From Lytechinus pictus (lineage: Eukaryota), in assembly GCF_037042905.1 (NCBI RefSeq), contig NC_087251.1:7628001-7692000 (forward strand): a DNA stretch of 64,000 bases. Reading direction: 5' to 3'. Position 1 is the first letter of the stretch. Every line of letters begins with the position of its first letter. This document shows, piece by piece, positions 63,806-64,000 of the stretch. The position numbers and the translations under genes are program-made. The notes beneath the pieces were generated by a model, which saw only the letters and a list, made by a program, of their open reading frames with translations, had not been told where the DNA came from and made no database searches.

Positions 63806-64000
63806 TTTACATTTACTTCTACTCTGCCCCCTCGGGTGTATATCTGTTAAAACTAATTTAGACAATGCCGTTTACTATGTGAATCGCAGAGTATAGTTGT
63901 TTAAACAGTTTTTAAACGCCAAGGCATGCTTGAATTATTGATAATTAAATATTTGAATTCAAACTTTGTTGTTTAAGATTTTAAACACTTGTCAACTACT

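Overview
AT-rich, repeat-dense animal genomic DNA. The MITE/SINE content suggests an echinoderm (sea urchin-like), which is an inference. One complete host gene can be assembled by hand: AP-4 adaptor complex mu subunit (AP4M1) on the minus strand, 13 coding exons between 39803 and 10760, 1350 nt CDS (~449 aa), with all exon phases consistent. Its 13.6-kb first intron has a U12-type donor (GTATCCTT) and contains a degenerate repeat-rich ORF, a tRNA-derived SINE, a 157-bp satellite with higher-order structure and a foldback transposon. Its last intron is filled mostly by ~100 copies of a 50-bp minisatellite that is the gene's own exon end plus splice donor, with two TTAA-specific MITEs inserted into the array. 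Upstream of the gene are a 3-kb tandem duplication and a fragmented L1/Tx1-like LINE. Nested in that LINE is a very young 14-kb Gypsy-type LTR element with ~4-kb LTRs. The element lacks reverse transcriptase and has a decayed gag, but keeps an open integrase and, in the env position, an intact extra ORF with two C2H2 zinc fingers, a long E/R/K helix and an NLS-like tail.
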